A stretch of 64,000 nt of DNA from Planctomycetaceae bacterium. GTDB lineage: Bacteria > Planctomycetota > Planctomycetia > Pirellulales > PNKZ01. Below are positions 48,485 to 58,064 of this stretch, one piece after another. How positions within the stretch are numbered: the stretch's first letter is position 1; each line of letters begins with the position of its first letter. Location: the NCBI GenBank assembly GCA_016793115.1, contig JAEUIN010000306.1:6218-70217 (forward strand), read 5' to 3'. Below the pieces are notes generated by a model. That model was not told the origin of the DNA. It was given only the letters and a program-made list of their open reading frames with translations, and did not search any database. A program made the translations under genes and the position numbers.

Positions 48485-49444
48485 TTGCTCGCCGGCATTT
48501 CGCTTACCTGTTTCACGGCCAGCTACACGGTCGCGCTAGCTCTTGAGGCGACGCGGTTGTGGTTTCGCAGCGGACTTCGCGGCGCGCTGATGTTGGCCTT
48601 TGCCGCGGCCGGGGTGTTCGCCCAAACGCTTTATCTAGGCTACCGAGCGGCCACGGCAGAAGGTGTCCCGCTATCGAGCGAATTCGACTATTACTTGGTC
48701 GCCGCTTGGGCGTTGGCCGTCGTGTATCTCGGTTGGACGGTTCGCCAACTCAACGCCCCCAACGAACGCCGCACGGCGCTGGGGCTGTTTCTGTTGCCGC
48801 TGGTGCTTGGTTTGGTGGCGGCGGCGCACTTCTTCGGAGGCAAGGAGCCGCTCCCGCGTGAAACGGCACACGGCGTCTGGCTACGCATCCATATCATATG
48901 TCAGGCGCTCGGCTTGATGAGCGTGCTCGTCGGGTTGACGACCGGCGTGATGGAACTGGCCCAGATCTATCGCCTGAAGCACAAGGTTTCGCCGCAGCGC
49001 GGGCTGCGGTTGCCGAGCCTCGAGTGGTTGCAGCAAACGGGCGTGCGCAGCGTTTACGCGTCGTTCCTGCTGTTGGCGCTGGGATTGCTGACCGGCGTAA
49101 TCCTGAATTTGGTCAATGGCCAGTTTCCCTGGAATGATCCGACGGTGCTGCGGTTTTCGATCGTCGTCATGTGGCAGACCGCCGCGGCGACGTTTTTGCT
49201 CGTCTACCGGCCCGCACGGCAAGGTCGCAAGGTGGCGTACATCACGATTGCCACGGCCGTCGTGTTGATGGTATCCGTCAGCTTGGGCCACATCTTGCCG
49301 AGCGCACACGGGGCGCCCAGCAAGGAAAAGGCGGCCCTTGCGCCACCGGTAGTCGACGCGAGGATTGCGCACGTCGATTTAAACTTCGGTCACCGGTCTT
49401 GCCCCTGCGTTATCGCCGCTCCTCCCGAAGGAGCGACGTCATGA
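48485..49444 (+). CDS. CcsA-like cytochrome c assembly family membrane protein (HemX-like)
   Basis: About 8 TM helices and position directly upstream of, and overlapping, hemA. The start is uncertain (TTG 48485; the next ATG is near 48589). Confidence 0.7.
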   Translation: MLAGISLTCFTASYTVALALEATRLWFRSGLRGALMLAFAAAGVFAQTLYLGYRAATAEGVPLSSEFDYYLVAAWALAVVYLGWTVRQLNAPNERRTALGLFLLPLVLGLVAAAHFFGGKEPLPRETAHGVWLRIHIICQALGLMSVLVGLTTGVMELAQIYRLKHKVSPQRGLRLPSLEWLQQTGVRSVYASFLLLALGLLTGVILNLVNGQFPWNDPTVLRFSIVVMWQTAAATFLLVYRPARQGRKVAYITIATAVVLMVSVSLGHILPSAHGAPSKEKAALAPPVVDARIAHVDLNFGHRSCPCVIAAPPEGATS

Positions 49445-50715
49445 AGCTTCAGATGGTCGGCTGCAGCCATCACAACGCCTCGACGGAGACGCGCGGCCGA
49501 ATCGCCTTTAGCCCGGCGCAAGCGGCGGAGGCGCTGGTAAAACTCCGCGCCCGCTGGCCGGCGGCCGAAGCGGTGCTGATCTCCACATGCAATCGGATCG
49601 AACTCTACACGGCGGCCGAGGAAGATCAGGCCAATCCGACGCATCAAGACGTCGTGGAGTTTTTCGCCGAGTTTCACGGCATCCAGTCGATCGAGGTGTT
49701 CGACGACCTGTTCGAACGAACCGGCGAAGATGCGGTGCGACACTTGTTCACCGTGGCGGCGAGCCTCGACAGCATGGTGCTCGGCGAAGCCCAGATTCTG
49801 GCGCAGGTGAAGCAGGCTTATGAATTGGCGACGAAACAAGCGTCGGTCGGCCCGCTGACGAACCAAGCGTTTCAAGCCGCGCTCAAAGTGGCGAAGCGCG
49901 TGGCGACGGAAACCTCGATTAACGAGAAACGGGTCAGCATTCCGAGCGTCGCCGTCAGCGATTTTGCGAAGAACATTTTCGAGAGGTTCGACGACAAGCG
50001 GATTCTCTTGATCGGCGCCGGGGAGATGGGAGAGGAAACGCTTACCTATCTCAAGGCCGAAGGGGCGCAAGACATCGTCGTCGTGAATCGCAATTACGAT
50101 CGCGCCCAGACTTTGGCCGAGATGTTCGGCGGACGAGCCGAGCGGTGGGATTTTCTGCCGCAGTTGCTGATTGACGCCGATTTAGTGATCACGACGACCG
50201 GCGCGACCGAGCCGATCGTCACCCTTGCGGATTTTCAACGTATCGAGGCGGAACGATTCCAGCGGGATTTATTCATTCTCGACTTGGCCGTGCCGAGAGA
50301 TTTTGAGCCGGCGATCGGCAACAGTCTGGGCGTTTATCTCTATTCGATCGACGATTTACAGGAAGTCTGCCGAGCAAACCGGGCCGAACGCGATCGTGAG
50401 TTGCCTGCAGCGCTGGCGATCGTCGAGCAAGAGACCGAACGATTCATGGCCGACTTGCATCATCGGGCCACGGCACCGATCATAAAGCGGCTCAAGCAAG
50501 GGTGGCAGCAGCCGAAAGACGATGAGTTACGCCGTCTCTTCAACAAGTTGCCGGAACTCGATGACCGCGCGCGAAGCGAGATCGCCGAATCTTTCGAACG
50601 CTTGATAAACAAGCTTTTGCACCCGCCGCTCGAGTCGCTGCGCGACGAGGCCCGCCACGGCGTGCCGCACGGCCTGCTCGATGCTCTCAAACGCCTCTTC
50701 CGCCTCAAGGAGTGA
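49441..50715 (+). CDS. hemA: Glutamyl-tRNA reductase
   Basis: STCNRIELY active-site motif, SLDSMVLGEAQILAQVK, NADPH-binding LLIGAGEMGE, and a dimerisation C-terminus. ATGA overlap with the upstream gene. Confidence 0.95.
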   Translation: MKLQMVGCSHHNASTETRGRIAFSPAQAAEALVKLRARWPAAEAVLISTCNRIELYTAAEEDQANPTHQDVVEFFAEFHGIQSIEVFDDLFERTGEDAVRHLFTVAASLDSMVLGEAQILAQVKQAYELATKQASVGPLTNQAFQAALKVAKRVATETSINEKRVSIPSVAVSDFAKNIFERFDDKRILLIGAGEMGEETLTYLKAEGAQDIVVVNRNYDRAQTLAEMFGGRAERWDFLPQLLIDADLVITTTGATEPIVTLADFQRIEAERFQRDLFILDLAVPRDFEPAIGNSLGVYLYSIDDLQEVCRANRAERDRELPAALAIVEQETERFMADLHHRATAPIIKRLKQGWQQPKDDELRRLFNKLPELDDRARSEIAESFERLINKLLHPPLESLRDEARHGVPHGLLDALKRLFRLKE

Positions 50716-50722
50716 CCTGTCG

Positions 50723-51919
50723 ATGAACAGCCGATTCCCCGTTTTGTTCATGCTCATTGCGGGAGTCGGTTGCCTCCCGGCCGCACTTCGTCCGCAATTT
50801 GCCGCCGCGCAAGCGACGACCGCAGCCGAGGAAGGGATTCCGAAAAACGCGCGGATTACGGCGGTGCTCGAGCCGTTCGTGAAACGACACGAAGTGGCCG
50901 GCGCGGTCACGCTCGTGGCGAACAAAGACAAAGTGCTGGCCGTCGATGCGGTCGGCTTCGCCGACGTCGGAGCGAAGCGGCCGATCCAGCGCGATTCGTT
51001 ATTCTGGATTGCGTCGCAATCGAAGACGCTCACCACCGCCGCTCTGATGATTTTGGTCGACGAGGGGAAGGTGAGTCTTGGTGATCCGGTGGAAAAATAT
51101 CTCCCTGAGTACGCCGACGTGTGGCTCGCCAAGGAACGCGACGCTAAGCACATGCTCCTTGTCCGGCCGGCTCGCAAGATCACCATACGCGACATTCTCA
51201 GCCATACCTCGGGCCTGCCGTTTCGCAGCGCCGCCGAACCGGTCGTACTCGACTTGTTGCCGCTCGACGTTGCCGTGCGCAGCTACGCCGTGACGCCGCT
51301 CGACTACGAACCGGGAAAGGGCTATCGCTACTCCAACGCCGGCATCAACACGGCAGGCCGCATTATCGAAATCGTGAGCGGAATGCCGTACGAAACGTTC
51401 ATGCGCCGCCGACTTTTTGAGCCGCTGGGAATGAACGACACGGTCATTCGTCCGACGCCGGCCCAACTGCGTCGCCTTGCCAAGGGTTATAGGCCGAACG
51501 CCGCGAAGAACGACCTGGAGGAGACGACGATCACTCAGTTGACCTACCCGCTCGACCACGCGCGCCGACAACCGATGCCCGCCGGAGGATTCTTTTCGAC
51601 CGCGGATGACGTCGGCCGGTTCTGCCGGATGCTGCTCAACGACGGCATGTGGGAAGGGAAGCAAATCCTCTCATCGGCGGCGGTGGCGGAGATGTCCAAG
51701 CGGCAGACTCCGCCGGAACTCAAGGAGAGCTACGGTCTCGGTTGTTCCGTGACGTCCGACACGTTCGGCCACGGCGGCGCAATGGCGACGAATATGACGA
51801 TCAACAAGAAGCTTGGGCTGGTCACCGTGTACTTGGTTCAGCACCATGGGTTTCCGGGAAAAGGCGGGCAAGCCCAAGGGGAATTCCGCAAAGCGGCGGA
51901 AACGGAATTCGGAAAGTAG
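50723..51919 (+). CDS. Secreted serine hydrolase (beta-lactamase/PBP4*-like, class C family)
   Basis: Signal peptide, then SQSK (SxxK), YSN (YxN) and HGG motifs in the expected order. Confidence 0.9.
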   Translation: MNSRFPVLFMLIAGVGCLPAALRPQFAAAQATTAAEEGIPKNARITAVLEPFVKRHEVAGAVTLVANKDKVLAVDAVGFADVGAKRPIQRDSLFWIASQSKTLTTAALMILVDEGKVSLGDPVEKYLPEYADVWLAKERDAKHMLLVRPARKITIRDILSHTSGLPFRSAAEPVVLDLLPLDVAVRSYAVTPLDYEPGKGYRYSNAGINTAGRIIEIVSGMPYETFMRRRLFEPLGMNDTVIRPTPAQLRRLAKGYRPNAAKNDLEETTITQLTYPLDHARRQPMPAGGFFSTADDVGRFCRMLLNDGMWEGKQILSSAAVAEMSKRQTPPELKESYGLGCSVTSDTFGHGGAMATNMTINKKLGLVTVYLVQHHGFPGKGGQAQGEFRKAAETEFGK

Positions 51920-51930
51920 CTCGCGGAAAA

Positions 51931-51959
51931 CCGGCTTCCGAGACGAACTCGGGAGCCGG
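51931..51959. terminator. Hairpin between convergent genes (probable terminator, better for the minus-strand S1 gene)
   Basis: CCGGCTTCCGAG pairs with CTCGGGAGCCGG (12 bp, one mismatch) around a 5-nt loop. The minus-strand side is followed by TTTTCC. Confidence 0.5.
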
Positions 51960-51967
51960 GATCGGAT

Positions 51968-53485
51968 CTACCACTTCAAACCGAACTGCGCGCCGCCGCT
52001 CTTTTTGGCGACGCCGCCCTTGAGTTTCTTCGGCTGTTGGGGAAGCGGAGCCGGCGGCGTTTCCGGTTCCGGTTCTTCCTCTTCCACGGCTTTCACCGGC
52101 TCGGGCCGCGCCATGAGCGCCTTGATCGAAAGACTGATACGTTTCTGGTCCGGATCGACCGCGAGGATCTTCGCCTCCACGGTCTGCCCTTCCTTGATGA
52201 AGTCGCTCATGCGCCACACGCGTTGATGAGACAACTCGCTAATGTGGATCAAACCGTCGACGCCCGGTTCGAGCTGCACGAATGCGCCGACCTTGTCGAG
52301 CGTGCGCACCACCGGCCCACGGATGACGTCGCCTTGCTTGTACTTGTGCGTGATCCCGACCCAGGGGTCGGCGAGCAAATCGCGGAGCGATAGCCCGATC
52401 TTGCCGGTCTCTTGGTCGATCTGCGAGACCATGACTTTGATCTTCTGGCCGACTTCCAGAATTTCGCTCGGATGCTTGATCCGCTGCCAAGCCATGCGGC
52501 TGACGTGCAGCAGGCCGTCGACGCCGCCGATGTCGACGAACGCGCCGAAATCTTGGATGCGAGACACGATCCCTTCACGAACCTGGCCGACTTGCAGTTC
52601 GCCCATCAGCTTGTCTTTTTGTTCGGCCTTTTCGCGCTCCAGGACCGCACGCCGGCTGAGCACCAAGCGACGACGTTCCGGATTCACTTCCGTGACCAAG
52701 CAAGTCCAGGTTTGGCCGACGAACTGCGAAAAATCTTCGATGCGATAAATCGCGACTTGGCCGGCGGGAATGAAACCGCGCAGTCCGCCGACTTCGGCTT
52801 CGAGCCCGCCTTTGTTGTGGCCGGTGACTTTGACGTCGATGAGGATGCCTTCGCTGATCTGCGAGTAGTCGCCGCCGACGTCGACCGCGCGGTTCGGCAG
52901 CGAAAGGGCGTACATTCCTTCGTCGTTGTTGAACCGGCCGACGATGACTTCGATGAGTGCGCCGTCTTGAGGTAAGTCGGTGAATTGCGTCACCGGAAGC
53001 GAACCTTGCTTGTAGTCGCCGAGGTCGACGAAGACGTCGCCGTGGTAGACCTTGATGACGCGACCTTGCACGCGCGAGTCTTGCTCCAGCTCGATTGCTT
53101 TCGTCGAGCGGCCGACGGGGTCGACCATTTCGTTGAGCGACGTCCCTTCGAGCGCGGCGGCGATTTCGGCTTCGAGGTCGTCGCCCAGGCCGGCGCGAAT
53201 GTTCGGCACTTCGATCTTGTGCTTAGGCCCGCTCGACTCGAGCACCTTCTTGGCCAATGCTTTGACGCGCGGCGGCCCGCTCGGCGGAACTTGATTGGGA
53301 CCGCGCTGCGAACCGATCTTCATGCGCGGCTCTTGGCGCGCGTCATCTCCTTCAGCGGCCCGACCTTCGGGCGTTTCGCCCGTGCTTGCGAGGGCGGCGT
53401 CTTGCTGAGCCGATGTCGGCTCGGCCGAAGCATTGGCGGAGGCGAGTTCAGTTTTTTCGACGGACTGTTCGGGTTCGCTGCTCAT
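51968..53485 (-). CDS. rpsA: 30S ribosomal protein S1-like protein (four S1 domains, acidic disordered N-terminus)
   Basis: Four S1/OB units (e.g. GIVSRIQDFGAFVDIGGVDGLLHVSRM and GPVVRTLDKVGAFVQLEPGVDGLIHISEL). Start taken at MSSEPEQ (ATG 53485). Confidence 0.85.
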   Translation of the reverse strand: MSSEPEQSVEKTELASANASAEPTSAQQDAALASTGETPEGRAAEGDDARQEPRMKIGSQRGPNQVPPSGPPRVKALAKKVLESSGPKHKIEVPNIRAGLGDDLEAEIAAALEGTSLNEMVDPVGRSTKAIELEQDSRVQGRVIKVYHGDVFVDLGDYKQGSLPVTQFTDLPQDGALIEVIVGRFNNDEGMYALSLPNRAVDVGGDYSQISEGILIDVKVTGHNKGGLEAEVGGLRGFIPAGQVAIYRIEDFSQFVGQTWTCLVTEVNPERRRLVLSRRAVLEREKAEQKDKLMGELQVGQVREGIVSRIQDFGAFVDIGGVDGLLHVSRMAWQRIKHPSEILEVGQKIKVMVSQIDQETGKIGLSLRDLLADPWVGITHKYKQGDVIRGPVVRTLDKVGAFVQLEPGVDGLIHISELSHQRVWRMSDFIKEGQTVEAKILAVDPDQKRISLSIKALMARPEPVKAVEEEEPEPETPPAPLPQQPKKLKGGVAKKSGGAQFGLKW

Positions 53486-53662
53486 GGCCGGAGGCGGCTC
53501 TCGGACGATTGGGGTGACAGAACGTTGCGACGCTCGAAACGGAAGCCGTTTAGTGTACCAACCCCTGTTGGCAGCCGGTAGCGTCTGAAACATGGCCAAT
53601 CGCCGTTCAATTAACTCCGCCGAACTCTTAAGATTGGTCCACCACGATCCCGAGGTGCCGCC

Positions 53663-54265
53663 GTGACCTTTGTGCCGGAAAACTACCCGAAAGCCGTCCG
53701 CGAGTTTCTCCTGCCGGAGGGGCAAACGATGCCGCTCGACGCCGGCATGCCCAACGAGGCCGTCGAGACGCGCTTGACGCGACTCGAAATCGACGACTTG
53801 CGCGAGGGCGACGCGCCGGCCGATCGCAACATGGCGGAAGCTTGCCTAGCCGGATTGTGGTTGCTGCACAATCAACTCGATCGCTCGCATCGATTGAGTC
53901 AAGAGATCCACACGCCGACCGGATCGCTATGGCACGCGATCATGCATCGTCGTGAGGGAGACTACGACAACGCCAAATACTGGTTGCGGCAAGTCGGCGA
54001 TCATCCCGTTTACGCCCAGTTGCGGAAAGCCGCTCAGGCCGAATTTTGTCCGCAGAAACCGCGCGTCACAGACAGCACGCACGACTTTGCGCCGCTTGAC
54101 GTGATGTCGTTCGTCGACGGCGACTGGGAGCCGAAGACGTTCGTCGATCTCGTTCGCGCCGCGTGTCGCAACCGTGCCGACTTGCAACGCCCCTGTCGCC
54201 GGTTGCAAATGATCGAGTGGCAAACATTGTTCGATTATTGTCTGGCAAGAGCGCGCGGGGAGTAG
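53663..54265 (+). CDS. Conserved hypothetical protein (200 aa)
   Basis: Coding-like composition. The motif WHAIMHRREGDYDNAKYWLRQVGDHP looks conserved but I cannot name the family. GTG start. Confidence 0.55.
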   Translation: MTFVPENYPKAVREFLLPEGQTMPLDAGMPNEAVETRLTRLEIDDLREGDAPADRNMAEACLAGLWLLHNQLDRSHRLSQEIHTPTGSLWHAIMHRREGDYDNAKYWLRQVGDHPVYAQLRKAAQAEFCPQKPRVTDSTHDFAPLDVMSFVDGDWEPKTFVDLVRAACRNRADLQRPCRRLQMIEWQTLFDYCLARARGE

Positions 54266-54348
54266 CTCCCGCACCGCTCCGCGCGGTGTTCACAACGGCC
54301 GTAGTTTCAACCGACGACGGACCACTGACAAAGGACCACGACGAAGCC

Positions 54349-54861
54349 ATGCCCTTTCCGTTCTATTGCCCGCAAGGTCACCTCCTCGAAGGTCACGAGT
54401 CGCAACAGGGGACGCCGGGGCGTTGTCCGACATGCGGCGCGCCGTTCATGTTTCCCGTGTTGAACGCCGCCCCGGGCGCAGCTCCTCCGGGATATGAACA
54501 CGGTGCGCCTCAGCAGAATAGCCCGATCCCGAGCGGCGCTCCTGGAGGCGGAGGCGTAGGCTTTGCCATGCCGCCGGGAGCCGGTGCTCCGGTGCGAACT
54601 CTCAATCTGCTTTGCCCGAACGGACACACGGTGCCGACGCCGGAAGACTTGATGGGCACGACGACGATTTGTCCGTATTGCAACAAGCCGGTCGAAGTCA
54701 TTCGCGAAAATTCGGTGGAGTACAAGCGGCAACTTCAGCAAGCTGCCCGCGAGCGCGATGCGGCGACGAGTCGCCTCTGGATTCGCTTCGCGCTGGTCGC
54801 CGCCGCCCTCGTCGTTGCGACGTTTGTGGCGATGTTTATTTACGTCTCAAAGAATCGCTGA
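54349..54861 (+). CDS. Tail-anchored protein with two zinc-ribbon-like CxxGH...CPxC modules
   Basis: FYCPQGHLLEG...RCPTCGAPF and LLCPNGHTVPT...ICPYCNKPV are separated by a Pro/Gly linker. C-terminal TM helix LWIRFALVAAALVVATFVAMFIYV. Confidence 0.65.
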   Translation: MPFPFYCPQGHLLEGHESQQGTPGRCPTCGAPFMFPVLNAAPGAAPPGYEHGAPQQNSPIPSGAPGGGGVGFAMPPGAGAPVRTLNLLCPNGHTVPTPEDLMGTTTICPYCNKPVEVIRENSVEYKRQLQQAARERDAATSRLWIRFALVAAALVVATFVAMFIYVSKNR

Positions 54862-55064
54862 TCGGGCGATTTGATCGAAAGAAGGCGATGCATTGAGTTG
54901 CGGACGATCGCTTGGCGGGTTCGATAAAATACAATTGTGATTCCAGGCCGGCGATCGCTCGTTTTCCCGTGCGTTTGGGCGTGCTGACAACGCGCGCGGC
55001 GGGTGCTACTCTGGCGAGACCGCTCACGTTTTCCCGCCCGCAAGTCGCACCTCTAGGAATCACT

Positions 55065-55919
55065 ATGATGCGTCGCCGCTCGTTCCTCTGCGCGTTGATT
55101 GCGCTGTCGCTCGTTAGCAGTTCGCTTCTCGCCGCAAAGCCGCAATCGGAAAAGGAACCGATTGCCCCCACCGAGGTCATTAAGCTGTTCAACGGCCAAG
55201 ACCTGACGCATTGGTACACGTGGCTCAAAGACACGAAGTACGAAGACCCACGCAAAGTGTTTACGGTGCACGACGGGATGGTCCACATCTCGGGCGACGG
55301 GCTCGGTTGTATCACGACCAAGCAAGCGTATCGCGACTATCACTTGATCGTCGAGTTCAAGTGGGGCGAGCGGACTTGGGAGAACCGTGTCGATCGCACG
55401 AAGGATTCCGGCGTGCTGGTTCACTCGTTCGGCGAAGACGGCGCGCACGGCGGAATTTGGATGCGCTCGATCGAAGCGCAGGTCATTGAAGGGGGCTGCG
55501 GAGACTTCATCGTGGTCTCGGGGGGCTCGGCCGATCCGCAGCAGCCGCTTTCGATTTCCGCGGAAGTGCGCCAGGATCGCGACAAGGAATGGGTCTGGCA
55601 CAAGGGAGGCGAGAAGCGAGTCTTTGAGAAGGGACGCGTCAATTGGTTCGGCCGCGACGAAGATTGGAAAGACGTGAAGGGCTTCCGAGGTAAGCAAGAC
55701 GTGGAGAGCCCCGACGGCGAATGGACCCGCATGGACGTGATCTGCCAAGGAGACACGATCACGAATATCGTCAACGGGGTCGTCGTGAACCAGGCGTTCG
55801 ACGTGAAGCCGGCCGCCGGGAAGATTCAGATTCAAACGGAACTGGCGGAATGCTATTTCCGCCGCGTCGAACTGTGGCCGATCGGAAAAGCGCCGAAGGC
55901 GGAAAAGCCGGCGCAGTAA
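55065..55919 (+). CDS. Secreted DUF1080 (3-keto-disaccharide hydrolase-like, concanavalin fold) protein
   Basis: Signal peptide; LFNGQDLTHWYTW, HISGDGLGCITTKQAYRDYHLIVEFKWG, EAQVIEG and IQIQTELAECYFRRVELWPI are typical DUF1080 strings. Confidence 0.88.
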   Translation: MMRRRSFLCALIALSLVSSSLLAAKPQSEKEPIAPTEVIKLFNGQDLTHWYTWLKDTKYEDPRKVFTVHDGMVHISGDGLGCITTKQAYRDYHLIVEFKWGERTWENRVDRTKDSGVLVHSFGEDGAHGGIWMRSIEAQVIEGGCGDFIVVSGGSADPQQPLSISAEVRQDRDKEWVWHKGGEKRVFEKGRVNWFGRDEDWKDVKGFRGKQDVESPDGEWTRMDVICQGDTITNIVNGVVVNQAFDVKPAAGKIQIQTELAECYFRRVELWPIGKAPKAEKPAQ

Positions 55920-55940
55920 TGCGCATTCGGGGAAGATTTG

Positions 55941-55992
55941 AGGCGGGAAACGGCTTCCGGGCTCTCATCCGGCCGTTTCCCGCCTTATTATC
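55941..55992 (+). terminator. Strong hairpin terminator after the DUF1080 gene
   Basis: AGGCGGGAAACGGC (55941-55954) pairs with GCCGTTTCCCGCCT (55972-55985), followed by TATTAT. Confidence 0.65.
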
Positions 55993-56491
55993 GCTCTGGG
56001 CCGATTGTTAATCGTGCGGTATACTTACGGCGTAATGAGGTGGTGAGAGCGACGTCTTCCGATTCGTCCGAATCCGATCGCGTCGACGTGATTGCAACTT
56101 CTGGTAGCGGCCGTTTTTCCCCGTTTTTCGGCTTTTCAGCCGATTCGGGCAGTTCCTCAGGTTGATCCTCGAGAGAACGCGAAAAGCATCTGTCTCTCGG
56201 CCTGCGATTCTTACTTGCCCCCTCCGCCGAACTCCGCGGTCGTTTTTGCGACCGCCGCCGTTTTGTCGGGCCGCTGATTTGAGCGGCGGCCGGGAATCGC
56301 TTGTTCGGCGCGTACTGGGGTCGACTGCTCTGCGAAGCTTCGCGGGCCTGCGATTTTTAAAATCGCGGCCGCAAGCTCTTCAAGCGGCGATATTCGGCGC
56401 AACCGCTGCGCCCGCCCCGCACTTGCCGCGTCCGCCGCGAACGGCGGGCCGTAGCCGTACACCGTCCGTAATTGTTTGAGGATGTTTGAGA

Positions 56492-57940
56492 ATGACGACG
56501 TTTGAAAGTTTGGGACTCACGGAGACGACATTAAAGGCGCTCGCAGGCGAAGGCTACACCGAGCCGACGCCGATTCAGAGCAAGGCGATTCCGCATGTGC
56601 TCGCCGGCCGCGACTTGTTCGGCTGTGCGCAAACCGGCACCGGTAAGACTGCCGCCTTCGCGCTGCCGCTCATCGAATTGATGCTCTCCAAGCCGGTGCA
56701 ACCGGGCCCTCGACGTTGCCGCACGCTCGTGCTGGCGCCGACGCGTGAGCTCGCTTCGCAGATTCAAGACAGCTTCCGCGCCTACGGGAAGCACGCCCAC
56801 ATTAAGAGCACGGTCATCTTCGGCGGCGTCAACCAGCGGCCACAAGCCACGGCCATGATGCGCGGCGTCGACGTCTTAGTCGCGACGCCGGGCCGCTTGC
56901 TCGACTTGATCAATCAGCGGCTCGTGGACATTCGTTCGGTTGAGTTTCTCGTGCTCGACGAAGCCGACCGGATGCTCGACATGGGCTTCATTCACGACGT
57001 TCGCCGCATTGTCGCCATGCTGCCGCGCGAGCGCCAAACGCTGTTCTTCTCGGCCACCTTGCCCGCCGAAGTGCGTAAGCTGGCCGATTCGATGCTCCGC
57101 GATCCGCTGGAAGTGAAGACGACGCCGATTTCGACGCCGGCCGAGACCGTTGCGCAGTCGGTGTTTTTCCTGCCGCAAAAGCAAAAGAAGCATTTGCTCG
57201 TCCATCTGCTTAAGACCGAGGGAATGAGCCGTGTGATCGTGTTTACGCGCACTAAGCACGGCGCCGACAAACTCAGCCGCGATCTCGAGAAAGCCGGCGT
57301 CAACGCCGCGGCGATCCACGGCAACAAAAGTCAAAATCAACGTGAGCGGGCCTTGGCGGCGTTCAAGTCGCAGCGCCCTCCCGTGTTGATTGCAACGGAT
57401 ATTGCGGCCCGCGGCATCGACGTCGACAACGTATCTCACGTAGTCAATTACGAACTGCCGCACGAACCGGAGACGTACGTGCATCGCATCGGCCGCACGG
57501 GTCGCGCCGGCATGACCGGCAAGGCCGTGGCATTTTGCGATCATGAAGAACGTCCGCGCCTGAAGGCGATCGAGAAATTGCTGCGACGGGCTGTGACCGT
57601 GCGTAACGACTTGCCGGAACTTCCGAAGATCGAGCAAAGCGGCGAAGCTCGTCCGCCTCACGCCGAAGGCTCGCGTGAAGGAGGCCGCAGGTTCGGCAAG
57701 CGGCCGCACGGCGATCGTCGCGGTACGGTGATCGGCGGCGAACGGAGCGGCGACGGCGAAGGCCGTTCGCACGACGAGCGACGCGGTGGACGTTCGACGA
57801 TCCGCCACAAGCACACCCGCGGCGGACACACGGGAACCCCGAAGCAACGTCCGGCGACTTCGCAAGCCGGAGCGGCTGCGCACGGTAACGTCGCCGCGCC
57901 GACGCATAAGCCGAAGAAGAAACACCGCCGCGCGCTGTAA
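56492..57940 (+). CDS. rhlE: DEAD-box ATP-dependent RNA helicase (RhlE-like) with an Arg/Gly-rich C-terminal tail
   Basis: Q-motif (TEPTPIQ), AQTGTGKT, PTRELA, DEAD (VLDEADRM), SAT, HRIGRTGRAG, and a basic RG-rich tail. Confidence 0.95.
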   Translation: MTTFESLGLTETTLKALAGEGYTEPTPIQSKAIPHVLAGRDLFGCAQTGTGKTAAFALPLIELMLSKPVQPGPRRCRTLVLAPTRELASQIQDSFRAYGKHAHIKSTVIFGGVNQRPQATAMMRGVDVLVATPGRLLDLINQRLVDIRSVEFLVLDEADRMLDMGFIHDVRRIVAMLPRERQTLFFSATLPAEVRKLADSMLRDPLEVKTTPISTPAETVAQSVFFLPQKQKKHLLVHLLKTEGMSRVIVFTRTKHGADKLSRDLEKAGVNAAAIHGNKSQNQRERALAAFKSQRPPVLIATDIAARGIDVDNVSHVVNYELPHEPETYVHRIGRTGRAGMTGKAVAFCDHEERPRLKAIEKLLRRAVTVRNDLPELPKIEQSGEARPPHAEGSREGGRRFGKRPHGDRRGTVIGGERSGDGEGRSHDERRGGRSTIRHKHTRGGHTGTPKQRPATSQAGAAAHGNVAAPTHKPKKKHRRAL

Positions 57941-57960
57941 AAAGCGTTTGCCGATCGTCA

Positions 57961-57991
57961 GCCCCCGGCGAACCGCCGGGGGCGTTTTCTT
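57961..57991 (+). terminator. Rho-independent terminator
   Basis: GCCCCCGGCG pairs with CGCCGGGGGC (10 bp, short loop), followed by GTTTTCTT. Confidence 0.7.
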
Positions 57992-58064
57992 GCGCTCGCG
58001 AAGGGGAGTGCCGCTCTCTATAATGCCCCGCTTTCGGGCGGGCGCACTACTTTGGGGCAACTTC

